This document shows, piece by piece, positions 36,419 to 46,645 of a DNA stretch of 64,000 nucleotides; the first letter of the stretch is position 1, and every line of letters begins with the position of its first letter. The stretch is from IMG/VR virus record IMGVR_UViG_3300028197_000002. One strand, 5' to 3'. Source of the stretch: a virus. Lineage: Duplodnaviria > Caudoviricetes. The position numbers were made by a program, and so were the translations under genes. The notes beneath the pieces were generated by a model, which had not been told where the DNA came from, ran no database searches, and was given only the letters and a program-made list of their open reading frames with translations.

Positions 36419-36948
36419 TTGACATTAAAAAAATACCATCTGTCATAAGTTTTGAAATATTTTCCTGAGTCAATATTTCTCAGATATTCTTTTATTTCAT
36501 CCCAACTAGAGAAAATCATTTGATGTGGTATTGTTCCAAACAACCAATCTGGAGCATTTTTCTTTCCTTGTTCCATGTGTATTAGAATAGGCTTTTTTTG
36601 TCTGTTCGCCCAAAAAATTTCTTCATAAGTTCCACAAGGATGAACATCTAAATCTAAATTAACAACTAAAAAATTACTTATATCAACTAATCGAAGATCT
36701 GTTGTCCTTATGGTTTTCATCATCTTAGATATTTCATCGTACTTTTCTTCTGCTTTGTAACGAGTTTTTATTGCATGAGCGTCATCTGTTTCTAAACCTA
36801 TTTCAAGTGGTTTTTTCAAAGGATTAAAAACTACTATATTTAGAGATTCTAAAAAAGGAGTGATGCTGTCTCTCCAAGCAACCCCACGGTCAGGAACTCT
36901 ATCCATCGCTCCTGCTAGGTAAACTTTTTGGTTGTTTAATTTATTCAT
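36415..36948 (-). CDS. Nucleoside 2-deoxyribosyltransferase / nucleotide N-glycosidase-like protein
   Basis: KVYLAG, VFNP, DLRLVDISNFLVV, GTYEE..WA...KKP motifs. Confidence 0.8.
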   Translation of the reverse strand: MNKLNNQKVYLAGAMDRVPDRGVAWRDSITPFLESLNIVVFNPLKKPLEIGLETDDAHAIKTRYKAEEKYDEISKMMKTIRTTDLRLVDISNFLVVNLDLDVHPCGTYEEIFWANRQKKPILIHMEQGKKNAPDWLFGTIPHQMIFSSWDEIKEYLRNIDSGKYFKTYDRWYFFNVN

Positions 36949-37034
36949 GATCACAGTTTATCAGAATAACATATTTAAAAAAAGACTAAAAATACTCTAA
37001 TAGATTGAATGTTTATATTTTTAGGAGAAATGAA

Positions 37035-37727
37035 ATGAATGAAATGAGCTTGCTATCTGAAGTAGATAATTTATTAAAAAGCAATAAGTTGTCTAATCGA
37101 CACACTTTTTTTCAACTTAAGCACTTTGTAATAGGTAAAGAATTAACAACACAAGCAAAAATGCAAAAATGCCTTAAAGAAATGGAATCGAGAGCAGCTG
37201 CTTTAAAATCAATGAAATTAAGCCAAGATGAGGCAAAAGATGACATTGAATTGATTAATCTAAAAATTATTAATTTAGATAAAAAGAAATCCAAAAATAA
37301 CATAAATAAACAGTATAAAGAAATTCAGATAAGAAAGTTAAAAAGAAAATCGCACCAATTTGAAGAAGCTTTGTCTAGCATTATTTCTAAGCAAAAAGAC
37401 ACAGAAGAAGAAATTGATTTTTTTCTATCTGCATTCAAACAACTAGAACAAATAGAACCATACAAAGGACACGACGACCCAGAATCTAATGCAAAACTTT
37501 GGAATGACACCTTCGGACAAGAATTGCAATTAAGACTATTAATGCAAAAACCTCTAGATTTAGAATTAGTTAAATCCATACTGTGTCTAGATACCAACTC
37601 ACCTGTTCGACAAGAAATGGTTAGCATCTTAGATCAAATACAACATAAGGCAATAGCTCAAAAAAAACAGCAAGAAGCATTGAGCCAACAAAATAACGCA
37701 TTGGAGCAGAAAAATAAAAATGAGTAG
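37035..37727 (+). CDS. Coiled-coil phage protein
   Basis: AGGAG SD before ATG 37035; heptad-rich. Confidence 0.6.
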   Translation: MNEMSLLSEVDNLLKSNKLSNRHTFFQLKHFVIGKELTTQAKMQKCLKEMESRAAALKSMKLSQDEAKDDIELINLKIINLDKKKSKNNINKQYKEIQIRKLKRKSHQFEEALSSIISKQKDTEEEIDFFLSAFKQLEQIEPYKGHDDPESNAKLWNDTFGQELQLRLLMQKPLDLELVKSILCLDTNSPVRQEMVSILDQIQHKAIAQKKQQEALSQQNNALEQKNKNE

Positions 37728-38787
37728 AAAATCAACTTTAGATAATGACTATATCACAGGAAGTCTTTCTAATTTTTCACCAGACCCAAGAACGCTAGCT
37801 ACAGATCCAAAAGTTTTAGACTCTAAAGATAGTTTGTATGAAGTTTCAAATAATGGCGAGACAAAACTAAAAGCAAACTTATCTTACAATGGAAAGTTAT
37901 TAGTTGTAGAAGATACAAGCTCATTTCCAGACAAAGGACTTATTAGAGTAGGTGCGGCTGCTGGGGATTCTGGCCCTGCTGAATTAATCTACTATGGTGA
38001 AAAAACAAAAGGAACTTTTAAAAAGTTGACAAGAGGATTTGCGGGTTCGAGACAAAACCAATGGACAGTAGATAGCTGGGTAACTAATGCTGTGACTGCT
38101 GAACCCCACAATGCTGTAAAAGATGCTTTGCTAAACATAGAAGAAAAAACAGGCGTGAAAAATAATCCTGTAGATACAAGTTTAAATGGAAGAGTGAATT
38201 CATTAGAGCAAAGATTTTTAGCTCCTAAATCATCTTTTAAAGGATTTCCAAAAGAAGGAGAGAGTGGTTTAAAAGTAACTTTTCATGACTTTTCTGAAGG
38301 CGATGTCGTAAGATACTTGTGGGATTTTGGAGATGGTACTCAATCAACAAAAAAAAATCCAACACACACTTATCTTTCTGAAGGATTTTTTACAGTTAAA
38401 CTTAGCATCATAACGAGTACAGGTGGGCAAGGCGCTGCAGAAAAATTAAATTATATAAAAATAGACAATGAATCAAAACAAGCATTTTTTTATGTGTTAC
38501 CACAAGAAACCGGAGTTTCAGTAAAAACAGCTCAAGAAAGAACAGATAGTGGAACTCCGACAGCTGCTACCAGATACAGATTTGTAGACCAAACTGATGG
38601 AGATGTTAAGCAAAGATTTTGGATCTTTGGAGATGGTAGTGAGAATTTAGTTACTGATGATCCAAATGTGCATGAAGTTGAGCACGAATATGAAAACCCG
38701 GGGCAGTACGATCCTTCTGTTCTGGTGGCTTTTGCAGATGATAGTTTGAAAAGAATTTACTTACAAAGGACGGTTATTGTAGAATGA
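37720..38787 (+). CDS. PKD-domain tail appendage protein 1
   Basis: YLWDFGDGTQSTKKNPTHTYLSEGFFTVKL and a second FWIFGDG..HEYENPGQY PKD. Confidence 0.85.
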   Translation: MSRKSTLDNDYITGSLSNFSPDPRTLATDPKVLDSKDSLYEVSNNGETKLKANLSYNGKLLVVEDTSSFPDKGLIRVGAAAGDSGPAELIYYGEKTKGTFKKLTRGFAGSRQNQWTVDSWVTNAVTAEPHNAVKDALLNIEEKTGVKNNPVDTSLNGRVNSLEQRFLAPKSSFKGFPKEGESGLKVTFHDFSEGDVVRYLWDFGDGTQSTKKNPTHTYLSEGFFTVKLSIITSTGGQGAAEKLNYIKIDNESKQAFFYVLPQETGVSVKTAQERTDSGTPTAATRYRFVDQTDGDVKQRFWIFGDGSENLVTDDPNVHEVEHEYENPGQYDPSVLVAFADDSLKRIYLQRTVIVE

Positions 38788-41231
38788 TACCAAATCCAAC
38801 AAAGTTCCCAACAGAATTAGACACAGATGAAAATTTATTTTTAGTTCATGATTCTCTTAGGGTTCGTCTCGTAAGTGATTATAATCCCGGGGATGTATCT
38901 ATAACTGTAGAGGGTGATTCCGATACACTAAGTACATTTCCTCCTACTGGGATAATAACTTTAACAGAACAATGTAGCGATATAGATAAAAGAGCTATAA
39001 GTTTTTTTTACGGGTCGAGAACACAATCAGCTGACGGAAGAACAGGAACATTTGATCAATTAGACATTCTTCCTGAATTTGAAGATGTGGTTAAATTAAA
39101 AAAAATCACAAACATCACAATGAATGTTTTGGACAAACACCATAATCATTTAAAAGATGCTTTGATTGCTGTTGAAACTTTTTTAGGAATCCAAGGTCAA
39201 ACAGACACTATTCCTTTTGGAACAACGATTACAGGGAGGATGAATTTTCTAAAAAAATTAGTTTTGAGTCCAAGAGCTTGGTTTACAGTAGATAAAAGAA
39301 TTGGATTAACACCTTTGTGTGTTGAGTTTAAACAAGAATCTTTTAGAACAGATACTGATGATGTAGTTTACATGTGGGACTTTGGAGACGATACTTCATA
39401 TAATGCCTCTTACATATCAGGAGTTTCTACAATAACTCCTGACAATGGAACTATATCTGTTACCAATCAAGTTCCTGATGGAGCGACTAACGTAACAGTT
39501 AGAGATATAGATGGAGGCAAAATTACAAAATGTTATGATAATGCTGGATTGTATAATGTGAAGCTAACTGTAAGAAATCAGTATGGCGAAGATACAATTG
39601 AATTTAAAGAATTAATTAATGCAAAGATACCAGCTCCTGAATATGCTGCCATTCAGCTTAATCCAAATGCAAGCCAATCTTTTACTGCTGGAATACCAGC
39701 TGGTGGACCTTATACTACGCCACCTAAAATAAGAACTTCTGTTAGTGAATTTGTTCAGATGGAAATTCCAGAAGGAGAAAATCCCAATACTCCGGGTTAC
39801 AGCTTTGGAGGAGAACTTTTAAATTCGAATTCAAATCCTATAGATCCGATTATAAATTGGACTTGGAGTTTGGGAGATGATTTGTCTCACCTGAACTTGG
39901 ATTCAACAAAAGCCTTATATTCAATTGGTGGATATTACGATTTGACTCTTAGAGTAGATACGCAGTTTGGAACATATAGAATAACGAGTTATAAAGATTC
40001 TATAGATGTAGTTGAAACAAGAAATCTTTGGCTATACAACTATCAAACTAAAAATTCCGATGATAGCGGAGTTATAGAGGCGTGGGAATTTGGAATTTTA
40101 GGAGAAACTTTTAAAAAGTTAGGAAACCAAACTTTCGCTTTAGATAGAGACAATAGATTCTTAAAAGAATATTCAAAGTCGGCATACCACACAGGAACAG
40201 AAGATAGAGCAAAAAAAGAATTTTTTCGAAACTTCAACATTGCTCAACAAGGTTCAACGCCTTCTGGAGATAAAGGTAATTCTTTATTGTTTTGGGCAAA
40301 AGGAGCAGACGATAGCAGCTTCAATGCCTCTGGTCCACCTGCCTATCCTTCCGGCACCGAGCCGTCATTTTCCAATCCTTCCGGCTTTGCCCAAATATTA
40401 ACTAAAAAATATAATGGGTTTTCTGACACATATACTACCACTTCAAATATAAATTCTTCCACTGTTCCCCCTGCGTTTCCAGAATGGAATTGGGCACCTT
40501 TAATATCAGCAGACAACATTTATTTTATACTAGGTGTTTATGGCGATGGGCCAAGCTCTCCCGGTGATACCTCATATGACGCAATGTCTGATTCAATTGT
40601 AAACTATGATCTTCAAACAGAAACTTTTGAAATGGAATCAAATAATTCTTTTTCAAATGGAGCTAATGAAGTTCTTAGTATGGTTGAAAACATACAGGAT
40701 GATGGAGGTGGCACTTTATACCCAACAAATGGTTGGTTTGCAACATACCGAACTGCTTGGAAAGATCAAACTGGGTATCTTTTAAGAAACTCTGGTATTA
40801 ATGAATTTTTTAGGATTAGTAATTTTTATAGAACCGAAGGCGTAATTACTAATCCATTTACTAGTCTTTCAAAATTATCTGATATGACAGGCAGCTCTAA
40901 AGTTGAAGGAGAATTAGTAAATTTAAGTAACGGAGTATTTTTCTTTAATAACAGTGGAGAAATATCTGCTTGGAATGATATTACACAAACTTGGGAAATT
41001 GGAAGATCAAATTCTACTACTATTTCTTTTAGAAATTTGCAAGACTCTAACGTTTCTGGATTTGATAGTCGAGCAAATACCTTAATTGCAGCTTCCGATG
41101 GAGATAAAAACGCATACTTAAGTTACGACTATAGCAGGAACGCATTTATTAAATTTAATGGAACAGATCTCACCTTTAGCTCTATCGGTTCAAGGCCTAT
41201 GGAAAATCAATTAAAAATGACAGTTTACTAG
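38784..41231 (+). CDS. PKD-domain tail appendage protein 2
   Basis: YMWDFGDD...YDNAGLYNVKLTV and WTWSLGDD...GGYYDLTL PKD domains; propeller-like C-terminal half. Confidence 0.8.
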   Translation: MIPNPTKFPTELDTDENLFLVHDSLRVRLVSDYNPGDVSITVEGDSDTLSTFPPTGIITLTEQCSDIDKRAISFFYGSRTQSADGRTGTFDQLDILPEFEDVVKLKKITNITMNVLDKHHNHLKDALIAVETFLGIQGQTDTIPFGTTITGRMNFLKKLVLSPRAWFTVDKRIGLTPLCVEFKQESFRTDTDDVVYMWDFGDDTSYNASYISGVSTITPDNGTISVTNQVPDGATNVTVRDIDGGKITKCYDNAGLYNVKLTVRNQYGEDTIEFKELINAKIPAPEYAAIQLNPNASQSFTAGIPAGGPYTTPPKIRTSVSEFVQMEIPEGENPNTPGYSFGGELLNSNSNPIDPIINWTWSLGDDLSHLNLDSTKALYSIGGYYDLTLRVDTQFGTYRITSYKDSIDVVETRNLWLYNYQTKNSDDSGVIEAWEFGILGETFKKLGNQTFALDRDNRFLKEYSKSAYHTGTEDRAKKEFFRNFNIAQQGSTPSGDKGNSLLFWAKGADDSSFNASGPPAYPSGTEPSFSNPSGFAQILTKKYNGFSDTYTTTSNINSSTVPPAFPEWNWAPLISADNIYFILGVYGDGPSSPGDTSYDAMSDSIVNYDLQTETFEMESNNSFSNGANEVLSMVENIQDDGGGTLYPTNGWFATYRTAWKDQTGYLLRNSGINEFFRISNFYRTEGVITNPFTSLSKLSDMTGSSKVEGELVNLSNGVFFFNNSGEISAWNDITQTWEIGRSNSTTISFRNLQDSNVSGFDSRANTLIAASDGDKNAYLSYDYSRNAFIKFNGTDLTFSSIGSRPMENQLKMTVY

Positions 41232-41247
41232 GGTAAATAATCTTATT

Positions 41248-43962
41248 ATGACAGCAGGATTCCCACCACAACCACTATATCCATTGGAATTAGATTCCGA
41301 TAGAACTCTTTTTTTGGTACTTAACACCAGTGAAGCCAAAATCACGAGTGATAATTCTGCATGGTCTGACGAGGTAGAAATAACGCCAGTTGGAGCAAAT
41401 GAAGAAGAGCAGTGGGCTGAAAGTGGGTTTGCAAATATTTCAGGAGAACTTTTTTACTACAATTCTGTAGAAAAAAATTCTGATGGAAAAATAATTAAAT
41501 TCAAAAGATGTGCGAGAAATATTGGAGGAAGACAAACCCAATTTAATTACTCAGGAACTTGGGTAAGAGGCTTTGTGATTGCTGAACATCACAATCAATT
41601 AGTAGATACAGTAGTATCTATACAAAACTATCTTCTTGACTTAGAAGATGAGATCATACTCTTAGAAAGTCAACCAATTTGCCTTGATGATGTTTTATGT
41701 CCTGAAGTCACACTAGAAATCACCGAAATTGCAAGTGATCCGTGTGTTGGTTTAACTATAGAATATAATATAATAATAAATGGATCATATAATAACTTTA
41801 CTTTAGATTTTGGAGATGGAACATCAACCAGATCAACGCAGTCTGGAACTCATACTTATGGGATAAATACAGTTTATGACCCAGTTGTTACAGTTAGTAA
41901 TGAATTTTGTTCTATTGTTCAAACTCCTCCAGATAGAGATGTGCCCACTACTCCGCCATCAGATACACCACCCCCGGCGCCCGACATTCTTTTACCACCG
42001 CCACCAGATTTCCCAAATATAACAATACCTGATTGTCCAGAATTCGATCCAGATTTTGATTTGCCACAAGTAGTATTGCCTACATTGTCCTTTACCCCGG
42101 GTGGAGGAGGAGATATTTCAATATTTATAAGTATTGAACCTCCAATTATAAGCATACCTCCTATAAGCTTAGAGCCTATAAGTTTCTTCGGATCTTTTAC
42201 ATTTGGACCCGCACCTGAAATTACGCCTGTAACATTTATATTTGGTCCTGCACCTGTAATTGAACCTGTAACATTTGTATTTGGTCCTGCTCCTGTAATT
42301 GAACCTGTAACATTTGAGTTTGGTCCTGCACCTTTAATTACACCTGTAACATTTGAGTTTGGTCCTGCACCTTTAATTACACCTGTAACATTTGAGTTTG
42401 GTCCTGCACCTTTAATTACACCTGTAACATTTGAGTTTGGTCCTGCACCTTTAATTACGCCTGTAACATTTGAATTCGGTCCTGCACCTTTAATTACACC
42501 TGTAACATTTGAGTTTGGTCCTGCACCTTTAATTACGCCTGTAACATTTGAGTTTGGTCCTGCACCTTTAATTACACCTGTAACATTTGAGTTTGGTCCT
42601 GCACCTACAATCACACCTGTAACATTTGAGTTTGGTCCTGCACCTTTAATTACGCCTGCAACATTTGAGTTTGGTCCTGCACCTGTTGTACAGCCTGTAA
42701 CATTTGAGTTTGGTCCTGCGCCTGTTGTACAGCCTGTAACATTTGAGTTTGGTCCTGCGCCTGTTGTTTATGGCTCGTTCGAGTGGGGAAGTCCACCTAC
42801 TGCTAGCGGTACGTTCGAGTGGGGAAGTCCACCTACTGCTAGCGGCACGTTTGAATGGGGAAGTCCACCTACTGCTACTGGTACGTTCGAGTGGGGAAGT
42901 CCACCTACTGCTACTGGTACATTCGAGTGGGGAAGTCCACCTACTGCTACTGGTACGTTTACTTGGGGAAGTCCACCTAGTGCTACTGGTACATTCGAGT
43001 GGGGAAGTCCACCTACTGCTACTGGTACGTTTACTTGGGGAAGTCCACCTAGTGCTACTGGTACGTTTACTTGGGGAAGTCCACCTACTGCTACTGGTAC
43101 GTTTACTTGGGGAAGTCCACCTAGTGCTAGCGGTACGTTTACTTGGGGAAGTCCACCTAGTGCTAGCGGTACGTTTACTTGGGGAAGTCCACCTAGTGCT
43201 ACCGGCTCGTTCGATTGGGGAAGTCCACCTAGTGTTGGTGGCTCGTTCGATTGGGGAAGTCCACCTAGTGTTGGTGTTTCATGGGGAAGCCCTCCTTCTG
43301 TAACAGGTACGGTCACAGTAAGTTGTCCGGGAGGAAGTGGTTACGCAGCTCCAAGATCCAAAATGTTTGATGATGAATATAGCGATGATTTTTCAGACAG
43401 TTTTGGAGAAGACTTGAAGTTTGAGATAGAAGGTTCAGATGTAGGCATACCTTCTGAAATTAAAATCGTAGCTCCAGAATTTCCAGAAATTCGAGTTAAA
43501 CATGATTTACCAGAAACTATAAATGTAAAATCATTTTTGCCAGAAAGAATTGAACTTTACCAAAGCCAGCCTTTATTACACACATACGAAGTTAAAATAA
43601 TAAATGAAAATTTAATACCCAAGTCAATTAATTTAGAATCTAAAGATCTGCCTAGGTCTATAAAACTAGACACTAGCGACTTGCCTGAACACATTAGCTT
43701 AGTAGTCCCAGAAATTTCTAATATTAAGATAGATGCTTCTGATATCCCGGACGTAATTAGAGTTGAAGGAGTTCCGGACTTTATTGATGTGAAAATGCCT
43801 AGTGAAATAACCGCAAAGCTAGAACTTCCAGAAAATCTTGAAGTTCCACTAGTTTATAAAGGAGGTCCTTTGCCAATACAATTTGATGCAAAAAATTTAC
43901 TAGGCGGGGATGATGATGATCAACCTTGTTTTGCCTTAGTTCCTTGCAATCCTAAAAAATGA
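41248..43962 (+). CDS. PKD-domain tail fibre-like protein 3 with Pro-rich tandem repeats
   Basis: LDFGDGT..THTY PKD; PPPP linker; FGPAP and WGSPP repeat arrays. Confidence 0.8.
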   Translation: MTAGFPPQPLYPLELDSDRTLFLVLNTSEAKITSDNSAWSDEVEITPVGANEEEQWAESGFANISGELFYYNSVEKNSDGKIIKFKRCARNIGGRQTQFNYSGTWVRGFVIAEHHNQLVDTVVSIQNYLLDLEDEIILLESQPICLDDVLCPEVTLEITEIASDPCVGLTIEYNIIINGSYNNFTLDFGDGTSTRSTQSGTHTYGINTVYDPVVTVSNEFCSIVQTPPDRDVPTTPPSDTPPPAPDILLPPPPDFPNITIPDCPEFDPDFDLPQVVLPTLSFTPGGGGDISIFISIEPPIISIPPISLEPISFFGSFTFGPAPEITPVTFIFGPAPVIEPVTFVFGPAPVIEPVTFEFGPAPLITPVTFEFGPAPLITPVTFEFGPAPLITPVTFEFGPAPLITPVTFEFGPAPLITPVTFEFGPAPLITPVTFEFGPAPLITPVTFEFGPAPTITPVTFEFGPAPLITPATFEFGPAPVVQPVTFEFGPAPVVQPVTFEFGPAPVVYGSFEWGSPPTASGTFEWGSPPTASGTFEWGSPPTATGTFEWGSPPTATGTFEWGSPPTATGTFTWGSPPSATGTFEWGSPPTATGTFTWGSPPSATGTFTWGSPPTATGTFTWGSPPSASGTFTWGSPPSASGTFTWGSPPSATGSFDWGSPPSVGGSFDWGSPPSVGVSWGSPPSVTGTVTVSCPGGSGYAAPRSKMFDDEYSDDFSDSFGEDLKFEIEGSDVGIPSEIKIVAPEFPEIRVKHDLPETINVKSFLPERIELYQSQPLLHTYEVKIINENLIPKSINLESKDLPRSIKLDTSDLPEHISLVVPEISNIKIDASDIPDVIRVEGVPDFIDVKMPSEITAKLELPENLEVPLVYKGGPLPIQFDAKNLLGGDDDDQPCFALVPCNPKK
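42202..42783 (+). repeat. 39-nt coding tandem array (FGPAPLITPVTFE), 14 units plus one 36-nt hybrid unit
   Basis: Units start every 39 nt from 42202 to 42709; hybrid FGPAPVVYGSFE at 42748. Confidence 0.95.
42784..43308 (+). repeat. 36-nt coding tandem array (WGSPPTATGTFE-type), 13 full plus 2 degenerate units
   Basis: TGGGGAAGTCCACCT repeats every 36 nt from 42784 to 43252; last WGSPP at 43282. Confidence 0.95.
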
Positions 43963-44816
43963 GAATTAAAAAGTATAAAAAAAACGAATATTCTTTGTCA
44001 AAAGATGGAATATGGGTGAGAAACTTATGTTCTAAAGAAAAAAATTTTGATATAAATTATCTTTACAAAGAAGATAAAGAAATTTGTTTAGAAAATGAAT
44101 ATCAAAATATCAAAGGCATAAAAAATATAAATTTTAACAATTTTCATAGTGATGTAATCATATGTTCCGATGGATTTAAATGGAATAAAAAACAATTTGC
44201 TTTGAGCGAAATCCCAAACAGCAAAGCAAGAGTAATAGGAACAAATGGTTCTTTAAGAGAATGGCAAATGGTCGGATCTCTTTCTGACAAAAAAAGAGTT
44301 ATGAATTATTATTTTATAAATAATCCATACAAAGAAGCTTTAAGCTATTTGCCAACAAAACATGCCTACTACCCACCGGTAATTTCATCTTTAAGAACGC
44401 ATCCTGAATTCATAAACGCGTATAGAGATAAAGATGTTTCTTGGTACAGTCCTCCTGAAGAAGATAATTATTCTATTCCAAAAAATAGAGTTCAAACATT
44501 TTTAGATGACTACAGGAATCCAATTTGTGGCGCTGTAAATTTGGCTTATAGAATCGGTGCAAAAAGAATATTCTTATTTTGCTGTGATGAGGCTTTCAAA
44601 GATCATAGAGACGCTTCTATAGAAATGCACAACGGTTTGTATCAATATCCTCAGCAAATAATGTCTCAAAACATATTGGATAAACAATTTTATTGGCTTA
44701 ATAAAAATAATGTTGAAATTTTTGACTGCTCTAGTGGTATAAAATATGAAAATGCAACATATATAACAGAAGAAGAATTAATTTCGTTTTTTCAAAGGAG
44801 TGATAAAAATGGATAA
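43959..44816 (+). CDS. MAF/DUF115(MptE)-like protein, possible glycosylation-associated enzyme
   Basis: VIICSDG, VIGTNGS and NPICGAVNLAYRIGAKRIFLFCCD resemble the MAF-type 'A+.LA..+G.K.I.L.G.D' pattern. Confidence 0.45.
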   Translation: MRIKKYKKNEYSLSKDGIWVRNLCSKEKNFDINYLYKEDKEICLENEYQNIKGIKNINFNNFHSDVIICSDGFKWNKKQFALSEIPNSKARVIGTNGSLREWQMVGSLSDKKRVMNYYFINNPYKEALSYLPTKHAYYPPVISSLRTHPEFINAYRDKDVSWYSPPEEDNYSIPKNRVQTFLDDYRNPICGAVNLAYRIGAKRIFLFCCDEAFKDHRDASIEMHNGLYQYPQQIMSQNILDKQFYWLNKNNVEIFDCSSGIKYENATYITEEELISFFQRSDKNG

Positions 44817-45108
44817 CAATAACAAAAATGACTTATCTTTAGACGATTTCAAAAAATGGATAAAAGGTCAGGATGACTTTGCATCTAGATTTTCCAAAAG
44901 ATTCCCAATAGGCGAAAAAGTAATATCGCGTTGTGGCGGAAGAAAACTTTCAGAAACAATAACTCTTGATGAAGGCAATTTAAAAAGAGTTATAAAAGAA
45001 TTTCTAAAAAATGGCGGAAAAATAAAAGAATTCGACGATTACGAATATATTATCGAAGTTAGATGTGGATCTTTTTCTGTTAAGAAAAACTATGTGATGT
45101 TAGATTGA
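44809..45108 (+). CDS. Hypothetical protein
   Basis: AGGAG SD before ATG 44809. Confidence 0.55.
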   Translation: MDNNNKNDLSLDDFKKWIKGQDDFASRFSKRFPIGEKVISRCGGRKLSETITLDEGNLKRVIKEFLKNGGKIKEFDDYEYIIEVRCGSFSVKKNYVMLD

Positions 45109-45112
45109 TTAA

Positions 45113-45490
45113 TTATTTTTTCTTTCTTAGCATTGTGCTACGTGTATCTAAAAGAGCATCTTTATTTATTTTGGATATATTATTTGTGATATAGAAATTT
45201 GTTTCTCGAAAAGGCAAATTTCTATATCCTCTTTTTGCTAAAGACCTCTTTAGTCCCTCATACCCTTCTTCAGATGATTCTATCCACATTTCATTAAGCA
45301 TATTATTTTCACGCAGCTCAGTATTGAGTTTTTTTATAAGATCTTTAGAAAGACCTAATTCAATTAATTTATTTATATTTTCTATCTTTATAGGATAAGT
45401 TTTTGATTTAGTAGCAAAAGACAACAAGACTTTCACGCCTCTTTTATCTCTTCTTGCTAGATATATAAAAATTTTATTTTTTGCTTTCAT
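45113..45490 (-). CDS. Hypothetical basic protein
   Basis: 125 aa, Lys/Arg-rich. Confidence 0.5.
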   Translation of the reverse strand: MKAKNKIFIYLARRDKRGVKVLLSFATKSKTYPIKIENINKLIELGLSKDLIKKLNTELRENNMLNEMWIESSEEGYEGLKRSLAKRGYRNLPFRETNFYITNNISKINKDALLDTRSTMLRKKK

Positions 45491-45609
45491 TTAACAACTT
45501 CTTAAAAAATTCTTCTAAAACTATTTTAGTATGTGAATCCATTTTTCCAAATTGGTTAAAAAAAGATTCAAAAGTTTCAACAATTTCTTTGTCTTTATTT
45601 GTATTTGTC

Positions 45610-45882
45610 ATGATACCACTTTCTGAATACGCAAAAGCATACAACAAGATATGTATATATTATTTCGGGGATTCAATTAATTTCATTAATTCTCTAATTG
45701 ATAGTCAAAAAATTTATAAAGAAAATTTTCCTGATATAAAGGTATTTATATGTTGTAAGGACGAACTTTTTGAAACTTTTGAAAATAAAGAAAATATGAT
45801 ATGTCGGTCTGATCTTATTAAATCTAAAAATAAATTCGCCTACATAAGAGAAGTTAATCCAAATTTCAACAATATTGTTTAA
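45610..45882 (+). CDS. Short GT9-N-terminal-like hypothetical protein (start uncertain)
   Basis: YYFGDSINFI...KENFPDIKVFICC resembles GT9 'GD.i.....K..FP...I....'. Confidence 0.3.
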   Translation: MIPLSEYAKAYNKICIYYFGDSINFINSLIDSQKIYKENFPDIKVFICCKDELFETFENKENMICRSDLIKSKNKFAYIREVNPNFNNIV

Positions 45883-45924
45883 GTTTATTTTTAAAATAAT
45901 ATATAATATTAGGAGAAATGATAT

Positions 45925-46497
45925 ATGAGTACTTTTAAAGTTAAATTAACTGGATATGGCACAGGCCCGACAGCGCAAGGAGCCTTGGCATCAGCAGGCG
46001 GCGTTGATCAAAGAACTGTTTGGATAATGGGTCCAGACAGAACAAATAGAAAATTAAAAGATGGAGCTGTTTTTGATGATGTAAATTATTGGAAAAGATA
46101 CGCATATCCACAAGTTCCTTTAGACGAAGCAATTATTGAAGTTGTAACCGATGACGGAATTGAATGGCTAGACGATAGACAAACTAATTTTCCAAGAGTA
46201 TATGACATCACAGCTGCCGGAGGTTCTGCTTTTTCTACCAATATAGCTGACATATTAAGCACCACAGATGGCTATGCTGTGTTTGCTCAAATAACTAATA
46301 AAAGTACAACTCAAGATGTAACTTTAAGACTAAACAAAGATGATTCTGCCATCATAGATCTTCCAGCAGGATCAACTCAATCTTTTCAAGCAGGAGATGT
46401 TTCTATAAGCACTATTGAAATTGGAAATGATGCAGTAGGAGCAGTAGACGCTGAAGTTCAAATCTTAGTCTCAATATCAGTCGTTCCAAGAAGCTAA
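45925..46497 (+). CDS. Probable virion structural protein
   Basis: AGGAG SD; beta-rich, small-residue-rich. Confidence 0.55.
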   Translation: MSTFKVKLTGYGTGPTAQGALASAGGVDQRTVWIMGPDRTNRKLKDGAVFDDVNYWKRYAYPQVPLDEAIIEVVTDDGIEWLDDRQTNFPRVYDITAAGGSAFSTNIADILSTTDGYAVFAQITNKSTTQDVTLRLNKDDSAIIDLPAGSTQSFQAGDVSISTIEIGNDAVGAVDAEVQILVSISVVPRS

Positions 46498-46645
46498 TTT
46501 ATTATGCATGAATAATTTAACAAGAGCGTTAAAAAAGTTTCAAGGAGGAAACATGGATGTTGTTAAATTAGCAGGAAGAAAAGACATGGTTTTATATAAA
46601 AAAGATTAAATTGCTAAAAGACATGGTTCTAAACTACATTATTAA

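Noticed and set aside
42202-43308. Repeat arrays as CRISPR or DGR template/variable repeats
   Set aside because: No spacers, no reverse transcriptase in the window, and differences between units are not adenine-specific
41919-43316. Long alternative-frame ORFs over the repeat arrays (41919-42614, 42743-43303, 42768-43316)
   Set aside because: Shadows of stop-free tandem repeats; the same applies to 9338-9766, 9367-9789, 9379-9738, 58329-58583 and 58593-58838
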